Assembly (NCBI GenBank): GCA_951406725.2
Contig: OX597814.1
Location: 82,274,001 to 82,338,000, forward strand
DNA from: Octopus vulgaris
Taxonomy: Eukaryota
Reading direction: 5' to 3'
DNA length: 64,000 nucleotides
The translations under genes and the position numbers were made by a program. Each line of letters starts with the position of its first letter. Positions within the stretch are counted from its first letter, which is position 1. Below the pieces are notes generated by a model, which saw nothing but the letters and a program-made list of their open reading frames with translations, did not search any database and had not been told where the DNA came from. Shown one piece after another: positions 1 through 13,859 of this stretch.

Positions 1-525
1 TGCTTGGTTTTTCCCGGGGGCTTACCGCTTCTTCTGCAGTGTTGGTCAGAACCAGACAGAGACAATATTAGTCGAAAGAGAGGCGGGCGACAGACAGGCA
101 TGTAGAGTAAGGATATTATGTTGATGTTTGATTTAAACTTCTATAGATCCAATATGTCCTGTGTATCACGTGATACACAGGGCATATTTCACTGGCGTTC
201 CTGCATCATATATGATACGCATTCACAGAGTAACTTGGGACTCATGAAAGGTAATATTTGTATTACTCAGAATGAATGAAATACGGGATAAAAATAAAGT
301 TTGAAAACAAGCACAGACGTTTAAGACTAACTTATAATAATGCTTTAAACAAGCAAAGAGTTAATGCCAAGGAAAATGCAATTCATAAGGATTTAGTTGA
401 GTTCAGCGAAGAAACGTTGTTGGCAGCCATTACATTGTTTTGGGGAGTGAGCAGTATCAGATTTTGTAAATGTATTTATTTCTATTTTGATGCATAAGAT
501 TTTCATAACATTGTTTTAGTATATT

Positions 526-991
526 TTATCTTTTACTTGTTTCATTCATTAGACTGCGGCCATGCTGGGAAACCGCATTGAAGGGTTTGGTTGAAGAAAT
601 CACCTCAGAACTTAAATTATTTTAAGTCCAGTACTTAATCAATCGGTCTCCCTTCCAGAACCGCAAATGTTATGGGGACATAACTAACACCGTTTGTGAA
701 GCAGTGGCGGGAGGAAGAATAAACACAGACACAAACGCACACACACACACACACACACACTCACACACACACATATATCATATATATATATATATATAAT
801 GCTTGTGTGTGTGTGTGTGTATTATGTATGTACATACGAAAGACCTATACACAGTTTCTGGCATCCAAATTCACTCACGAGACATTGATCGACCGGGACT
901 ATAGTAGAAACCATTTACTCAAGCTACTATGAAGTGGGACTGAACCCTAAACTACCTATGTGCAAAGCGAGCTTCTTAATCACACAGCAGC
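526..991 (-). mobile_element. tRNA-derived SINE, family 2 (CORE-like, resembling octopus OR-type SINEs), degenerate
   Basis: Reverse complement matches the copy at 9192-9590: head ...GTGTGATTAAGAAGCTCGCTT, internal (CA)n/(TA)n tract, tail CAGCATGGCCGCAGTCTAATGAATGAAACAAGTAAAAGA. Confidence 0.7.
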
Positions 992-1456
992 ATTTCGTCC
1001 AACTTCACGTTCTGAGATCAAATTCCGTCGAGGTCGACTTTGCCTTTCATCATTTGAAAGTCGATAAAATAAGTGCCAGTTGAGCACTTGGGTTAATGTA
1101 ATCGACTAACCACCCTCTCCCAAAATTGCTGGCTTTGCACCAAAATTTGAAACCATTATGTCAGAATGTTTCGATTATGTCGCCGAAGCGAAATATTCGA
1201 ACACATTTCGTGATAAGCAAAGTAATAGTATAGGTAAGATAAGATAACATGTAACATAGGTACAACACTATACACCCACTAATTTTTAAGTCAATGACTC
1301 CTGAAGCATAGAATGCAAAAATCGACAGTGGCCGGATTTGAACTCATAATATAACAAAATATTGGAAGGTAATTTGACGCTCTAATACATCGGCCAGTCC
1401 ACCAACCCCTCATAATAAGGACTGATTTCCTAAGAGACATTATTACTACAGTCTTT

Positions 1457-1692
1457 AGGGCAGCGGACAGACAGATTCGTTAACACGCCGTGCAAATTGC
1501 TTAATGACATTTCGTCCGTCTTTACGTTCTGAGTTCAAATTCCACCGAGGTCGACTTTGCCTTTCATCCTTTTTGGGATCGATAAGGAAAGTACTAGTTG
1601 AACAATGGAATCGATGTAATTGATTTACTCTCTCTCTCTCTCTCTCTCTCCCGAAATTACTGGCCTTGTGCCAAAATTTGAAACCATTATAA
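1457..1692 (+). mobile_element. tRNA-derived SINE, family 1
   Basis: B-box-like GAGTTCAAATTCC, core GAGGTCGACTTTGCCTTTCATCCT, tail GGCCTTGTGCCAAAATTTGAAACC(ATT)n. Many further copies, e.g. 992-1160, 30765-30975, 31100-31320, 51150-51380, 52095-52300, 63030-63230. Confidence 0.8.
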
Positions 1693-2220
1693 CAACTGTC
1701 TTTAAGGCGGTGAGCCTTAATAGATTGTGTATCGAGCTCAAACCCTCTGAGATCTTTCTGTCATTTTTCAGGGTCAATAATCGAATATGCCCTTCACCCT
1801 AAATTTACTGACCCGGGGCCAAAATTTGGAAGAATATTTACTACTCTCTGTTTGCACGTATTTAGGCCAAGTCTGGGTTGAGGATACTGGCCTTCCTTCC
1901 TCCTACCAAACCTGGGTAGACCTCAAACAAATAAACGGTTTTGAGTGCTGCCCTGCTCTCGCAGTTGAAGCTGTTTATTGTGATCACTTCATTCTTTTTT
2001 TCAATGTTATCAATAATAAGCGGTTAATAATATTAAGCAGAGGATATAACAATATTCTACATTAGTTCGGGACTCAAAATTATTAGTACTAACCGTTAAT
2101 ATAAGTGGTCTCCTCTATATATTAAATAGAATAACGACAATCTCATACCACGACATACAAATCAAGCAAAATGGAAACAGAATAGGCGAGGAAAAGTGGG
2201 CGATGTGTGTGTGTGTGTTT

Positions 2221-2347
<127 letters not shown>

Positions 2348-2850
2348 CGTGCGTGCGTGTGTAAGTATGGGCTTTTGAATATTAAGTCTATGTGTGCGTG
2401 AGTGTGGACGTGGCTGCTTGAAATGTGTGTGTATGTATGTATGTATGTATGTATGTATGTATGTATGTATGTATGTATCTCATTATTTAATTTTATTTCA
2501 AGATTTCTTGCCAATGGTGAAAAAGCCGGTCTCGTTGGAATTTCAATATCAATATGGTATTTTTGTATGTATGTATGTATGTATGTATGTATGTATGTAT
2601 GTATACGTGCAGATTTGTATATTTTGCTTTATGTATGTATTTTCATGAATATAGTTGCATATCTAGACATGGTCTAGATTTTAAAAAAAGTACTGGGGTC
2701 AAATCTCTCGAGTAAAATTTGTTCTAGGAGGTGCCCCTGCATGTTCGCAGTCTAATTGTTAAAACATGTAAAAGATACAAGATATATATATATATATATA
2801 TAACATATTATGCATTACACATTATATATATATATATATATATATATATA

Positions 2851-4069
2851 CAAAATAAGAAAATGGAGAAATACATCTAAATCAAATATCAATTACCAGA
2901 TAGTACTCAATCACATACTTTATTAAACCACCACATAAGAAACTATAGGGTTAAACATAAAAAAGTAGAACAAAACAGTGTACATAAAGGAGTGTACATA
3001 AAAGAGTAATGTTATACAATAAGTAGAATATATATAAGAGAATATAAATATAAGTAAATATAAATATAAATATAGATTACATCTTACAGCTGTTTCGGCC
3101 ATGTAGATAAGTATGTCTCATTTTACTTATATTAGCCTTTTATTGTAGGACAATATGTAGTTATAAATGAGACATTTACAAAAATATCATAAGGCCTCTT
3201 CGAAGATTATGTGATATAAATCAGTCTACATATATACCCATATGGGTGTGGGTACATACCCATAATATACATATACATATGAGTGCACATACTCACACTC
3301 CTATACATATAAATATATACATATACATAATGATATAAATAATTTAAATTAGTAAACATACATATGTTCCACATTCAATGTTACAGTTTTTCAACTTAAT
3401 ATTGTGATAATATACATACACATATTAATACCTAAATGCAGATATACAGAGTCAATAGTACATTATATTAATTCCTACTAATTTCTAAAGTGTCATTAAA
3501 GTTAGCATCATTATCATTGCCAATACCATTAATGCTACCAATATCATCATTCATATTATTATTAATAACGCTAATACTAGAAAAACAATTTATAGATTCC
3601 ATTATTAGCAATATAGTCACAATAGTACTACAATACCATGTAAAGTGTTAAATATCCGCATATGTACCCACACCCATATGGGTATATATGTAGACTGATT
3701 TATATCACATAATCTCCGAAGAGGCCTTATGATATTTTTGTAAATGTCTCATTTATAACTACATATTGTCCTACCATAAAAGGCTAATATAAGTAAAATG
3801 AGACATACTTATCTACATAGCCGAAACAGCTGTAAGATGTAATCTATATTTATATTTATATTTACTTATATCTATATTCTCTTATATATATTCTACTTAT
3901 TGTATAACATTACTCTTTTATATACACTCCTTTATGTACACTGTTTTGTTCTACTTTTTTTATGTTTAACCCTATAGTTTCTTATGTGGTGGTTTAATAA
4001 AGTATGTGATTGAGTACTATCTGGTAATTGATATTTGATTTAGATGTATTTCTCCATTTTCTTATATTG
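2851..4069. repeat. Long inverted repeat: ~410-bp arms (2851-3260 / 3660-4069), ~400-bp spacer, PLE pseudo-LTR-like
   Basis: CAAAATAAGAAAATGGAGAAATACATCTAAATC... at 2851 is the reverse complement of ...GATTTAGATGTATTTCTCCATTTTCTTATATTG ending at 4069; the arms are near-identical throughout. Confidence 0.9.
3712..3838 (+). ncRNA. Hammerhead-ribozyme-like motif with long stem II (mirror copy on minus strand ~3082-3208)
   Basis: ATCT-CCGAAGA-GGCC...(A/G)GCC-GAAAC-AGCT-GTA-AGAT: stem I ATCT/AGAT, palindromic stem III ACAGCTGT, GUA triplet; core deviates from CUGANGA at U4. Confidence 0.55.
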
Positions 4070-4241
4070 TATTATGAATTTGTGGTAAAACATTTTACCT
4101 TTGCCCATATAATATAGTAAATGAATTGATTGCATCGCAATCCTTAACATTTATGTATTAACCTTGTTGGGTACTTCATTAGTAGTATATTGGATATATG
4201 TTATCCCATGGAGGGTTGCATTTACAACCCCTATCTCAATT

Positions 4242-4295
<54 letters not shown>

Positions 4296-4299
<4 letters not shown>

Positions 4300-4672
4300 C
4301 ATGTTTCAGTCATTTGATTGCAACCATGCTGGCGCAGCGCCTTTAGTCGAAGAAATCGACCCCGGGACTTATTCTTTGTAAGCCTAGTACTTATTCTATC
4401 GGCCCCTTTTGTCGAACCGCTAACTTCTGGAAGTAAAAACACACCAACGTCGGTTGTCAAGCGAGAGGACAAACACTGACACAAAGGCACACACAAACTT
4501 GGTATACACACACACTATGGGTTTCTTTCAGTTTCCGTCTACCAAATCCACTCACAAGGCTTGGTCGGCCCGAGGCTATGGCAGAAGATACTTGCACAAG
4601 GTGCTACGCAGCGGGATTGAACCCGGATCCATGAGGTTGGGAAACAAGCTTCTTACCACACAGCCACGCCAT
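4296..4672 (-). mobile_element. tRNA-derived SINE, family 2
   Basis: Reverse complement reads GCATGGCGTGGCTGTGTGGTAAGAAGCTTG...GGTTCAATCCCGCTGCGTAGCACCTTGTGCAAG..., same architecture as 9192-9590. Confidence 0.8.
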
Positions 4673-4850
4673 GCATACGTTATTGAACATTGTATGTGCG
4701 TATATGCATACGAGCGTATATTTTTAATCTTGTATTAATATAAGTCTTCGAATGTGTGCAGGTGGGTATTGCTATGTATTTGCGGGTATGTATATAGGTT
4801 CCTGAATATTATGGGAGCGTATGTATACAAATGAATATGTGTTATTGGTT

Positions 4851-4924
<74 letters not shown>

Positions 4925-5364
4925 CGCGCGTGCGCGCAGGCTTGTGTGTGCGAATATCGGGTGTGGATGTCGGAATAATAAAGAAGCAGGTGATGGAGAT
5001 GCATGAGGGAGAAAGAGAAGCAGAGGAGGCTGATGCTGTTACACATTTCTCCATCCCATCACCATCACTACCACCATCACCACCACTACCACCGCCGCCA
5101 CTAGTCATCAACCCACAACACCAAACAAAACCAGCAGCACCCACACCCCATATCCCTCACCCCCTTCTCTTAACTGTTGTTAGAACCACCACGACCATCA
5201 TTATTTCATCATTGCCCCACCCTGCCCACACCACCACCAACACCACCTTGCCATGAGCATCATAACCATATCATCATCATTATCATCATATTCAACTTCA
5301 TCTCCATCATCATCTCCATCATCATCATCATCATCATCCTCGTTGTCTTAGACATCATCGTCAC

Positions 5365-5397
<33 letters not shown>

Positions 5398-5774
5398 AGT
5401 CATCATTATCGTCGTCACCACCACCGCCACCTCTATCAACACAATGTCATCTTCATCATCAAGAGAAGAATGGCAACAACAGCAGCAGTAATAACAAAAA
5501 GAAAATGACAACAGTAACAAAAAGTATACGATTCACCTCCACCTACAACAACAACAACAACAACAACAATTACAAACGACCACTACGACAACATCAGTAG
5601 CAACAACAACAAAGAAACCAAATTGTATTGTTGTGGAATTACAAATTCATGATTTTGGCGGTATACGTCAGCGTCCTCAACGGTTTCTGCGTCCAGTTGG
5701 ACTAGCATCGATAATTGCGGCGACAGTAACAATAATAACAAAAATAATTACTTGAACAACAACAAAAACAACAG

Positions 5775-6034
<260 letters not shown>

Positions 6035-6109
6035 TGACCTTTAATCATAATACTTTACTTTACCGCACAACATTACAGAGACTTTTAATACAATAATAAT
6101 AAAATAGCT

Positions 6110-6715
6110 TCACAGTTTTGGCACAAGGCCGGCAGTTTTGAAGAAAGAAGGCAAGTCGATTACATCGATCCCAGTATTTTACCTGACATATTATTTTATC
6201 GACCTAGAAATGATGAAAGGCAAAGTTGGCCTCAGCGAGATTTACTCAGAACATATACAGCAACAACAATAATTATAATCCATTCAGGTATAGTTACAAT
6301 GCCTGAAAGTTTCGAAGATGGGGATAGTCAATTACATCGACCCCAGGGCTGACATGGTACGTATTTCATCGACTCCGAAAGGATGAAAGGCCAAGTCAAC
6401 ATCGGCGGATTTTGCACTCAGAACGTAAAGCTGGAAGCAATGCCACTAAGCAGTTTGTCCGACATGCTAACGATTCTGCCAGCTTGTTGCCTTTACAATA
6501 ATGGTTTCAAATTTTGGCACAAGGCCAGCAACTTCGGGGACGAGGATTAAGTCCATTACATCGACCCCAGTGATCAACTGCTACTTATTTTACTGACCCC
6601 GAAAGGATGAAAAGCAAAGTTGACCCTGGCGAAAATTGAACTCAGAACGTAAAAACGGACGAAATGCTGCTAAGCATTAAGCTTGTTGTACTAACGATTC
6701 TGCCAGCTCGCCTTT
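6110..6715 (-). mobile_element. Head-to-tail array of ~3 family-1 SINEs
   Basis: Repeated units TTTTGGCACAAGGCC...TTACATCGACCCCAG...GAAAGGATGAAAGGCAAAGT...CTCAGAAC...GATTCTGCCAGCT separated by AAT-rich spacers. Confidence 0.8.
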
Positions 6716-7649
6716 ACAATAATAATAATTAACAAGAACCATGGAAATTTTACATTTTGTAATTGTCTTTATTTGTATTTTTATGCATAAATGAAGGATG
6801 GTTTTTTTGACAAATCTATTACAGCCAGCCATGCAAATCTTTCGCAGTTCGAGGAAACAAAATGGCGTATATGTTACTCCGAAAAATAGCGAGAGAAACA
6901 TTCTAGAAGAGCTGGTCTACCTTGTGGGATTCATTCCTGCAGATAGTTACCCTAATCCTGATCAAGGCGATTAGGGATGTGTTTCTGGGGCCCAAAACGT
7001 CTACTGTTCGCACCACTGTAGGTTCAAAATTTTCTCCTGTGGGACGACGAAGCCTAAATCTGATACCGATTTCACCAGTTGCCCACTGGAGAAAATCTCA
7101 CTACAAGCTGCTTCCCAGAAAGATTGCAATGCTGGCGAGGATTTTTTTTTTCTTTTTTACTTCCCGCTATTTAACTCCACCGAATCTGGCTGCGTCCAAA
7201 GCCTGTTTGACGATATCACTAAGTACGAAAGTGCGATGTGCCGAAAGAAGCAGTCAGTGTACCATAAACAACGATTAGCGGTCGTAAAAGACTACTGTAG
7301 ACCAGCAACATTATTAGCACTCGCAGATCCAAAGTCTAAATCTTCAGTGAAAGATCATTGTAATATTCTTTCTTTATGTATGTATGTATGTATGTATGTA
7401 TGTATGTATGTATGTATGTATGTATGTATGTATGTATGTATGTATGTATGTATGTATGTATGTATGTATGTATGTATGTATGTATGCAAGTTTACATGTG
7501 TGTGTATGTGTGTGAGAGTGAGTGTGTGTATGTGTGTGTGTTTAAATTCTGTATTATTAAACCCACCGACTCCATAAACTATTGAACAGAACTGGAACAA
7601 TCAAAGTGAAACGGATCAAACGTAAACTGAACTTGTATTTATGTCTACA

Positions 7650-7920
7650 CTAGCAGTATCGCCCGGCGTTGCTCGGGTTTGTAAGGGAAATAACTATAAA
7701 GCATTTTTAGAGAGTTATAGCCAAAAAATAGAAAAAAATGGAAAAAAATTTTGGTAAACTTTTTTTTGAGAGTTAAAAAGGTCGAGTTGCGTCCCCTAGA
7801 CAGTCTGTGGTTTGTGTTTCTGATTCTCGACCCCATGTCGAATTTATCGATTTTTTTCAGAAATGGGGGAACTTTTCAAAATTTTCGCTGCGTTAGTTTT
7901 GAATTATGACATTGGGCTAG
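7650..7920 (-). mobile_element. Non-autonomous Helitron 3' end
   Basis: Minus strand ends CCCGAGCAACGCCGGGCGATACTG-CTAG-T: GC-rich subterminal hairpin plus CTAG terminus. A similar end occurs at 59903-59931. Confidence 0.6.
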
Positions 7921-9049
7921 AGAGATAAGCAAAGTTAGTAAATCTTTTTACATGGTTTGTATGTCGTAGAGAAATAAGAATTCTTATGTTTCAGACAAAA
8001 GACCTTTTTTTATGGGTGAAACAGCAACATCCTCCTACCACCACAGCATGTGTATATTCAAGTATATATTGCTGACACAAACCGCTACTGATTTCCTCCA
8101 GCACATTTATAAGAGGTGTCAAACATCCAAGCTACGGCAAACTTTAATCCGAATGGCTCAACTTTATTAAAAAATGTTTATTATTATATTCATAATTTAA
8201 TTTTAGAATATTCTGTACAGAGGCATTATGAATACCAGGAGGTAATATTATCACCATTTAAACGCGGATGTTCTGTTCAGAAGAACATACTATACTGGAG
8301 TAGCTGTCATAAGAGAAACTTTGGTGTAGAATGCACACTAAAACATTTGACTCATTTCCCCTTTACTATGTCTATACACACAAATGTTGCTAACATTTCA
8401 TATTCTTTCATTTCATTTTTCTCAACAAAAAGGCGGCGAGCTGGCAGAATCGTTAACACGCAGGACAAAATACCGGAAGAAATAATCCAAAATAACACAC
8501 CATTAAAAGATCTAAAAGAAATATATATATGCGACAGAGGCATTATTAATACCAGGAGGGAGGTAATATCTATCCGCATTTAAATGCGGATGTTCTGTTA
8601 GAACATACTATACTGGAGTAGCTGTCATAAGAGAAACTTTTGGTGTAGAATGCACGCTTGTTTATATCCCCGCCCTCTACAGCGCCGAGACCACCAGATC
8701 ACGTGATTTCGACCTTCTTTGGTCTTATCGGTGATGGACACTCGACCGCTAGAGATAGCAGCGATACATCTCCCCGCCAGCGACATTTCTAAAAGAAAAT
8801 CTGACATCGATAGTAATCGAAAACCAACGCTGATGGATGAAAATAATTAAAGTTGTTCAAGAATGGTCTATAATTTCGTCGAAAGATTTCTTAAAATTGG
8901 GTTAAATTCTCCAATGTGTCCTTCGAGGTTTTGTTATTGATGTTGCTGATATTCATGTTGTAGAAGAGTTGTTTTTAAGACGACAGGAAGATATAAGGAA
9001 GATTAATCTGTGATTTCTTGTAGGACGAAAGAGCCTATAATATATCGAG

Positions 9050-9826
9050 CAACGATTCTCAACCCGGGTCCATATAAGACTTCTAAGGATCCACGCAAGC
9101 AAAATAGTAAAATAGTAAAGTGGGGATCCACAGTGAGACTTCGTGAAGACTTAACTTTAAATGCAATTATTGCAAGAAACAACTAGGTTTCTGAGTGGCT
9201 GTGTGGTAAGTAGCTTGCTTATGAACCACATGGTTCCGGGTTCAATGGCACTGCGTGGCACATTGGGCAAGTGTCTTCTACCATAGCCTCGGGCCGACCA
9301 AAGCCTTGTGAGTGGATTTGGTAGCCGGAAACTGAAAGTTTCCCGTCGTATATATGTATATGTATATATGTGTGTGTGTGTGTCTGTGTGTGTGTGTTCC
9401 CCCCCCCCCCCAACATCGCTTGACAACCGATGCTGGTGTGTTTAGGTCCCCGTAACCTAGCGGTTCGGCAAAAGAGACTAATAGAATAAGTACTAGGCTT
9501 GCAAAGAATAAGTCCTGGGGTCGATTTGCTCGACTAAAGGCGGTGCTCCAGCAAGGCCGCAGTCAAATGACTGAAACAAGTAAAAGAAAAGAAAGGAAAA
9601 AGAGTTCAACATGTTTCCAGCCACTGAAACAGCCACTGTTCTCTCAGAGAGTGATATTGCAAACCTGCATAAGTGAACATGAGGAAAAACAAAATGAGAA
9701 TTTTGAAAGATGTATCTATAAAATTAGTTTTTTTTAAACATCGAATAGCTTAGGAGTCCACCAGGATAAAATAGTTGTCAAAGGGATCCATTGATTAAGA
9801 AACAAAAAAATTGTTGAGAGCCGCTG
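9050..9826. mobile_element. hAT-type MITE interrupted by a family-2 SINE
   Basis: TIRs CAACGATTCTCAAC / GTTGAGAGCCGCTG; related copies at 29049-29412 and 40095-40406. Confidence 0.6.
9192..9590 (+). mobile_element. Near full-length tRNA-derived SINE, family 2
   Basis: A-box TGGCTGTGTGG, B-box GGTTCAATGGC, CORE-like TTGGGCAAGTG, internal microsatellite, tail GGTGCTCCAGCAAGGCCGCAGTCAAATGACTGAAACAAGTAAAAGA. Confidence 0.85.
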
Positions 9827-11302
9827 GTAAACAGCTTTCCTGGTCGTCTGTTGTGGTAGATTAATGGTGCAACTAAATTACATTACTTGCCACCTTACAT
9901 ATTTTTAGTATCTCCACCACTATGCTTACATTGTTGCTGCTACTACTACTGCTGCTGTTTTGTGGTTCTAACTATTGTCTTCTGTTTTATTTCGGAGGTG
10001 AAGTAGGTGGGGGTGGGAATTTGAATGCTATTGTTATAGTGGTGATGGTGATGGTGATGTAGTGATGGTGATGATGATCGTGATCATAGCCATGATGCGT
10101 GTTATAGTCATATTTAGTCTGTTGTGGTGCTACGTGTGTAGTAGTAGTAGTAGTAGTAGTAGTAGTGATTATGAGGTAATTGCTGTGGTGGTGGTGGTGG
10201 TGTTAGTGGTGGCGGCTGCGACGGCGGCGACGGCGGTGGCGGTTGTGGCGACGGTGGTGGTGCTGGTGGTGGTGCTGGTGGTGGTGGTGACGGCTGCAGT
10301 GGTGGCGATGGTAGCGGTGGTGACGGTGGCGGCGGTGGCGGCGGTGGCGGCGGTGGCGGCGGTGGTGGTAATAGTGACGGTGGGCGGGAATGGGTGGGGG
10401 CGAATATTACAATGTGTTTCGCTTCTTTAGCGTGCAGATGTACGGCGACAATAGGTGGAAGAGGGTGGGCTGGAAGCGTTCAGAGGTGAAGGGTGGGATG
10501 CTAAGGGTGGTTTTTAAGGATTTGGTTTGTGGGCGGTGGGGTGGGGGACGGTTTTGGCTGGTTATAACAAAAGCGTTCCACCATAGATCTGAAAGACAGC
10601 ATCAACAACGTAGCTGGTGAAGGAGGGGGAGGAGGAGGAGGAGGAGGAGAAGAAGAAGAAGAAGAAGAAGAAGATAACCGATTACTGAAGATGATGTCGA
10701 CGGTGATAGTTGTGGGGCTGATCATAGTGGTGGTAGTGGTGGTAGTGGTGGTGGTGGTGGTGGTTTTGGTGGTGGGGGAGGAGGAGGAGGAGGAGGAGGA
10801 GGGTAATGGTGGTGATGGCGACAACGACGACGACAACGCTGATGAGACAAAGGTGGTATGTCTGCTGGCTATTTGACCGAAATGGAGAGAAGGCGGATGT
10901 CGTAGGTATAGGGTGTATGTAGTAGCTGTATAGCTTGTAGTGGTGGTGGTGGAAGGGAGGAGAGGTAGCTGGTGGGCGGTTAGACAGGAGAGGAGTGGAA
11001 TGACTGGTAAGGGAGAGAGAAACTGATCTCGGGTGACAAAACACATTCAGCCAAATAGAGTTGGTGTACTGTTTGGCACGTGCCATCACTCGGTCAGTCG
11101 TGTTTCACTTTCTCTATCTCCATCTCCCTCCCTCTCTCACTCACAGACACATACACACACACACACGCACAATTATACATACACATAAAGACTAGCACTA
11201 TAACCTGCCAGTCTATCTCTAACTCACACGCACAGACGTACAAAAATACACACACACAAAGACTAACGCTATAACCTGCCAGTCTTTCTCTCTATCTATC
11301 TA

Positions 11303-11358
<56 letters not shown>

Positions 11359-11913
11359 GTACATATGTGTGTATATGGTTGTAGTTGTGTGTATACGTGT
11401 GTTATCTTAATCGACAGAAGTCACAAAGTGATTCGAGGACCGAGCGATTTGTGCGGGCTGCTTATCAGACTCACTTCAAATTTGGCAGTCTGCCTCTTTA
11501 TAGAAATTGAATTATAATCATAATTTTAGATCAGTGACTGTGTATCACTTTGAAAATGATATATTTTTTCGAACAGGAATTTAGCAGTGCCATTCTCTGC
11601 CAAGCAGTTATTCAGTGCCAAGAAAGAGCAATAACTCAGAAACCGCGGTCCACATATTGCTTTGTACTGATTGGAGATGCTAAAGTCTCCTGTTCGAAAA
11701 TATAAGAACATAAATAGTGTGTCGTATAGCCAGCCGGAGACGATGTTTCCTGGGGTTAAATAACAGTAACATTCGTCCCAAACGGGACTGTCACATTATG
11801 TTGGCAAATAATCTTTACTTTAGAGTATTGTTACTGAACGTCTCTCGTTGAGAGACTTAGAAATGATAATGCTTCTATTTCTCTGGATTGTTCTCGTGGG
11901 AAAAAAAATTTGA

Positions 11914-11951
<38 letters not shown>

Positions 11952-12132
11952 ATGCATTCGATTGACCAAATGGTTGGAAAAAGTGCAAAATACATGTACG
12001 AGTAGGTTATATTCATTCGTTCGATGTGGAAGTTTCCCTACGTTGCCACTAGTTTTAACATTTTCTTTCCATTTCACAGAAACCGTGAAACTCAGAGTAG
12101 TGACTGAGAGATGCCCAAGTCAATACACACAA

Positions 12133-12186
<54 letters not shown>

Positions 12187-12674
12187 TAGTACACGAAGGG
12201 CAAAAAAGGACTACACACACGATGAAAGAAATTGTAAAAAAAATAACTTTTTGTACTCTTCCCTTTCTCTCTCGTCCACATATTCTATAAAAACTCAATA
12301 TGTCCGAACTTTCAATAATGTACATTTGTTATAATCTTCGCCAAATATTTACTTTGATATTATCTATCCCTGTGAAACTCATCGAATTTTATGTGAACAT
12401 TTAATAATTTGATTGTTTGTCCCGCCATCAACTTCGTAAATCTAAACTCTGTTAAAATCCCCTTGTTTTATATATATATATTTGTACCATTGATAAACAA
12501 AAAAATGTTGTATCTAGTTTGATATGCATGTGAATAAATCTATTTAAAAACAATTACACGTTTTTAAAATTCAGGTGCATTTTCAAACCCCAAAACAAAT
12601 TCTCCCATATTTTTTCCTGCGTGGGAATACACCTCTTCTTTCAATATGTGTGTGTGTGTGTGTGTGTGCGCGTG

Positions 12675-12732
<58 letters not shown>

Positions 12733-13118
12733 GTTTTGCAACCATGAGGTTCGGGTTTAGTCCCACTGCGTGTCACCTTGGGCAAGTGGTTTCTACATAG
12801 TAGGTGCCACGACCAATCTATGGCATGTGAAAGAACTTTGTAGACTGAAAAGTATGGTCTTCGATCCTGTTTTTTATGTATAAATATGTGAGCATGTGCG
12901 TGTGTGTATGTATATATGAGTGTATGCGTGCATTCGGTTTTGCATTTGTCTGTCACCGCTTAATAACCTATGCTGGTTTGTTTACGCTCTAATTACTTAG
13001 TGGTTCTTAGAGAATGATCCAATTAAATAACTGCTTGACTTACTACACGTCAACAATATCGACTAAGCAAATCTTTCAATAAGATACCACAGCATGGCTG
13101 CAGACCAGTGTATGTACA

Positions 13119-13177
<59 letters not shown>

Positions 13178-13523
13178 ACGTGCGTGTGTGTGTGTGTGTG
13201 TGTGTCTGTCTGTTTGTTTGTCTGTCTGTGTGTAAGTGTGTAAGTGTGTGTGCGCGCTAGTAAGTGTGAGTACGTATTGTGTGTGTGTGTGTGCGTACGT
13301 GCGTGTGTGTGTGTGTGTGTGTGTGTCTGTCTGTTTGTTTGTCTGTCTGTGTGTAAGTGTGTAAGTGTGTGTGCGCGCTAGTAAGTGTGAGTACGTATTG
13401 TGTGTGTGTGTGCGCGCGCGCGCGTGTGTGTGTTTGTGCGCGTGTGAGTGTGTATGTGCGTGTGTGCGTGTTCGTGCTCTGATACGAATATAGGTGTGTT
13501 GTTTGTTGTGAATGGTTGATTAT

Positions 13524-13582
<59 letters not shown>

Positions 13583-13859
13583 TGTGTGTGCATGTGTGTG
13601 GGTGTGCTTACATGGGCATGTATGTACTAGTGACGCGATAATATGCTGTGAAACGCGTATGTGAAAATGCGTGAAACTGTAGCATACGTGTGTGTGTGTT
13701 TGTATTTAAGCAGTGTGTATGCGGACCAGGGTATCGAAGCAGGTGTTTGTGTGCATGGGAATGCTTGTGGATAGATGCGTGTTTCGCAAGAAAGGTAGCA
13801 TGTGTGTGTGTGTGTATGCATGCGCGTGTGTGTGAATGTGCGAGTTCTTGCAGTATGTG

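Noticed and set aside
10062-11110. GC-rich trinucleotide region with TGGCACGTGCCA palindrome as a promoter or first exon
   Set aside because: The E-box and CpG richness are suggestive, but no gene body can be tied to them from sequence alone.
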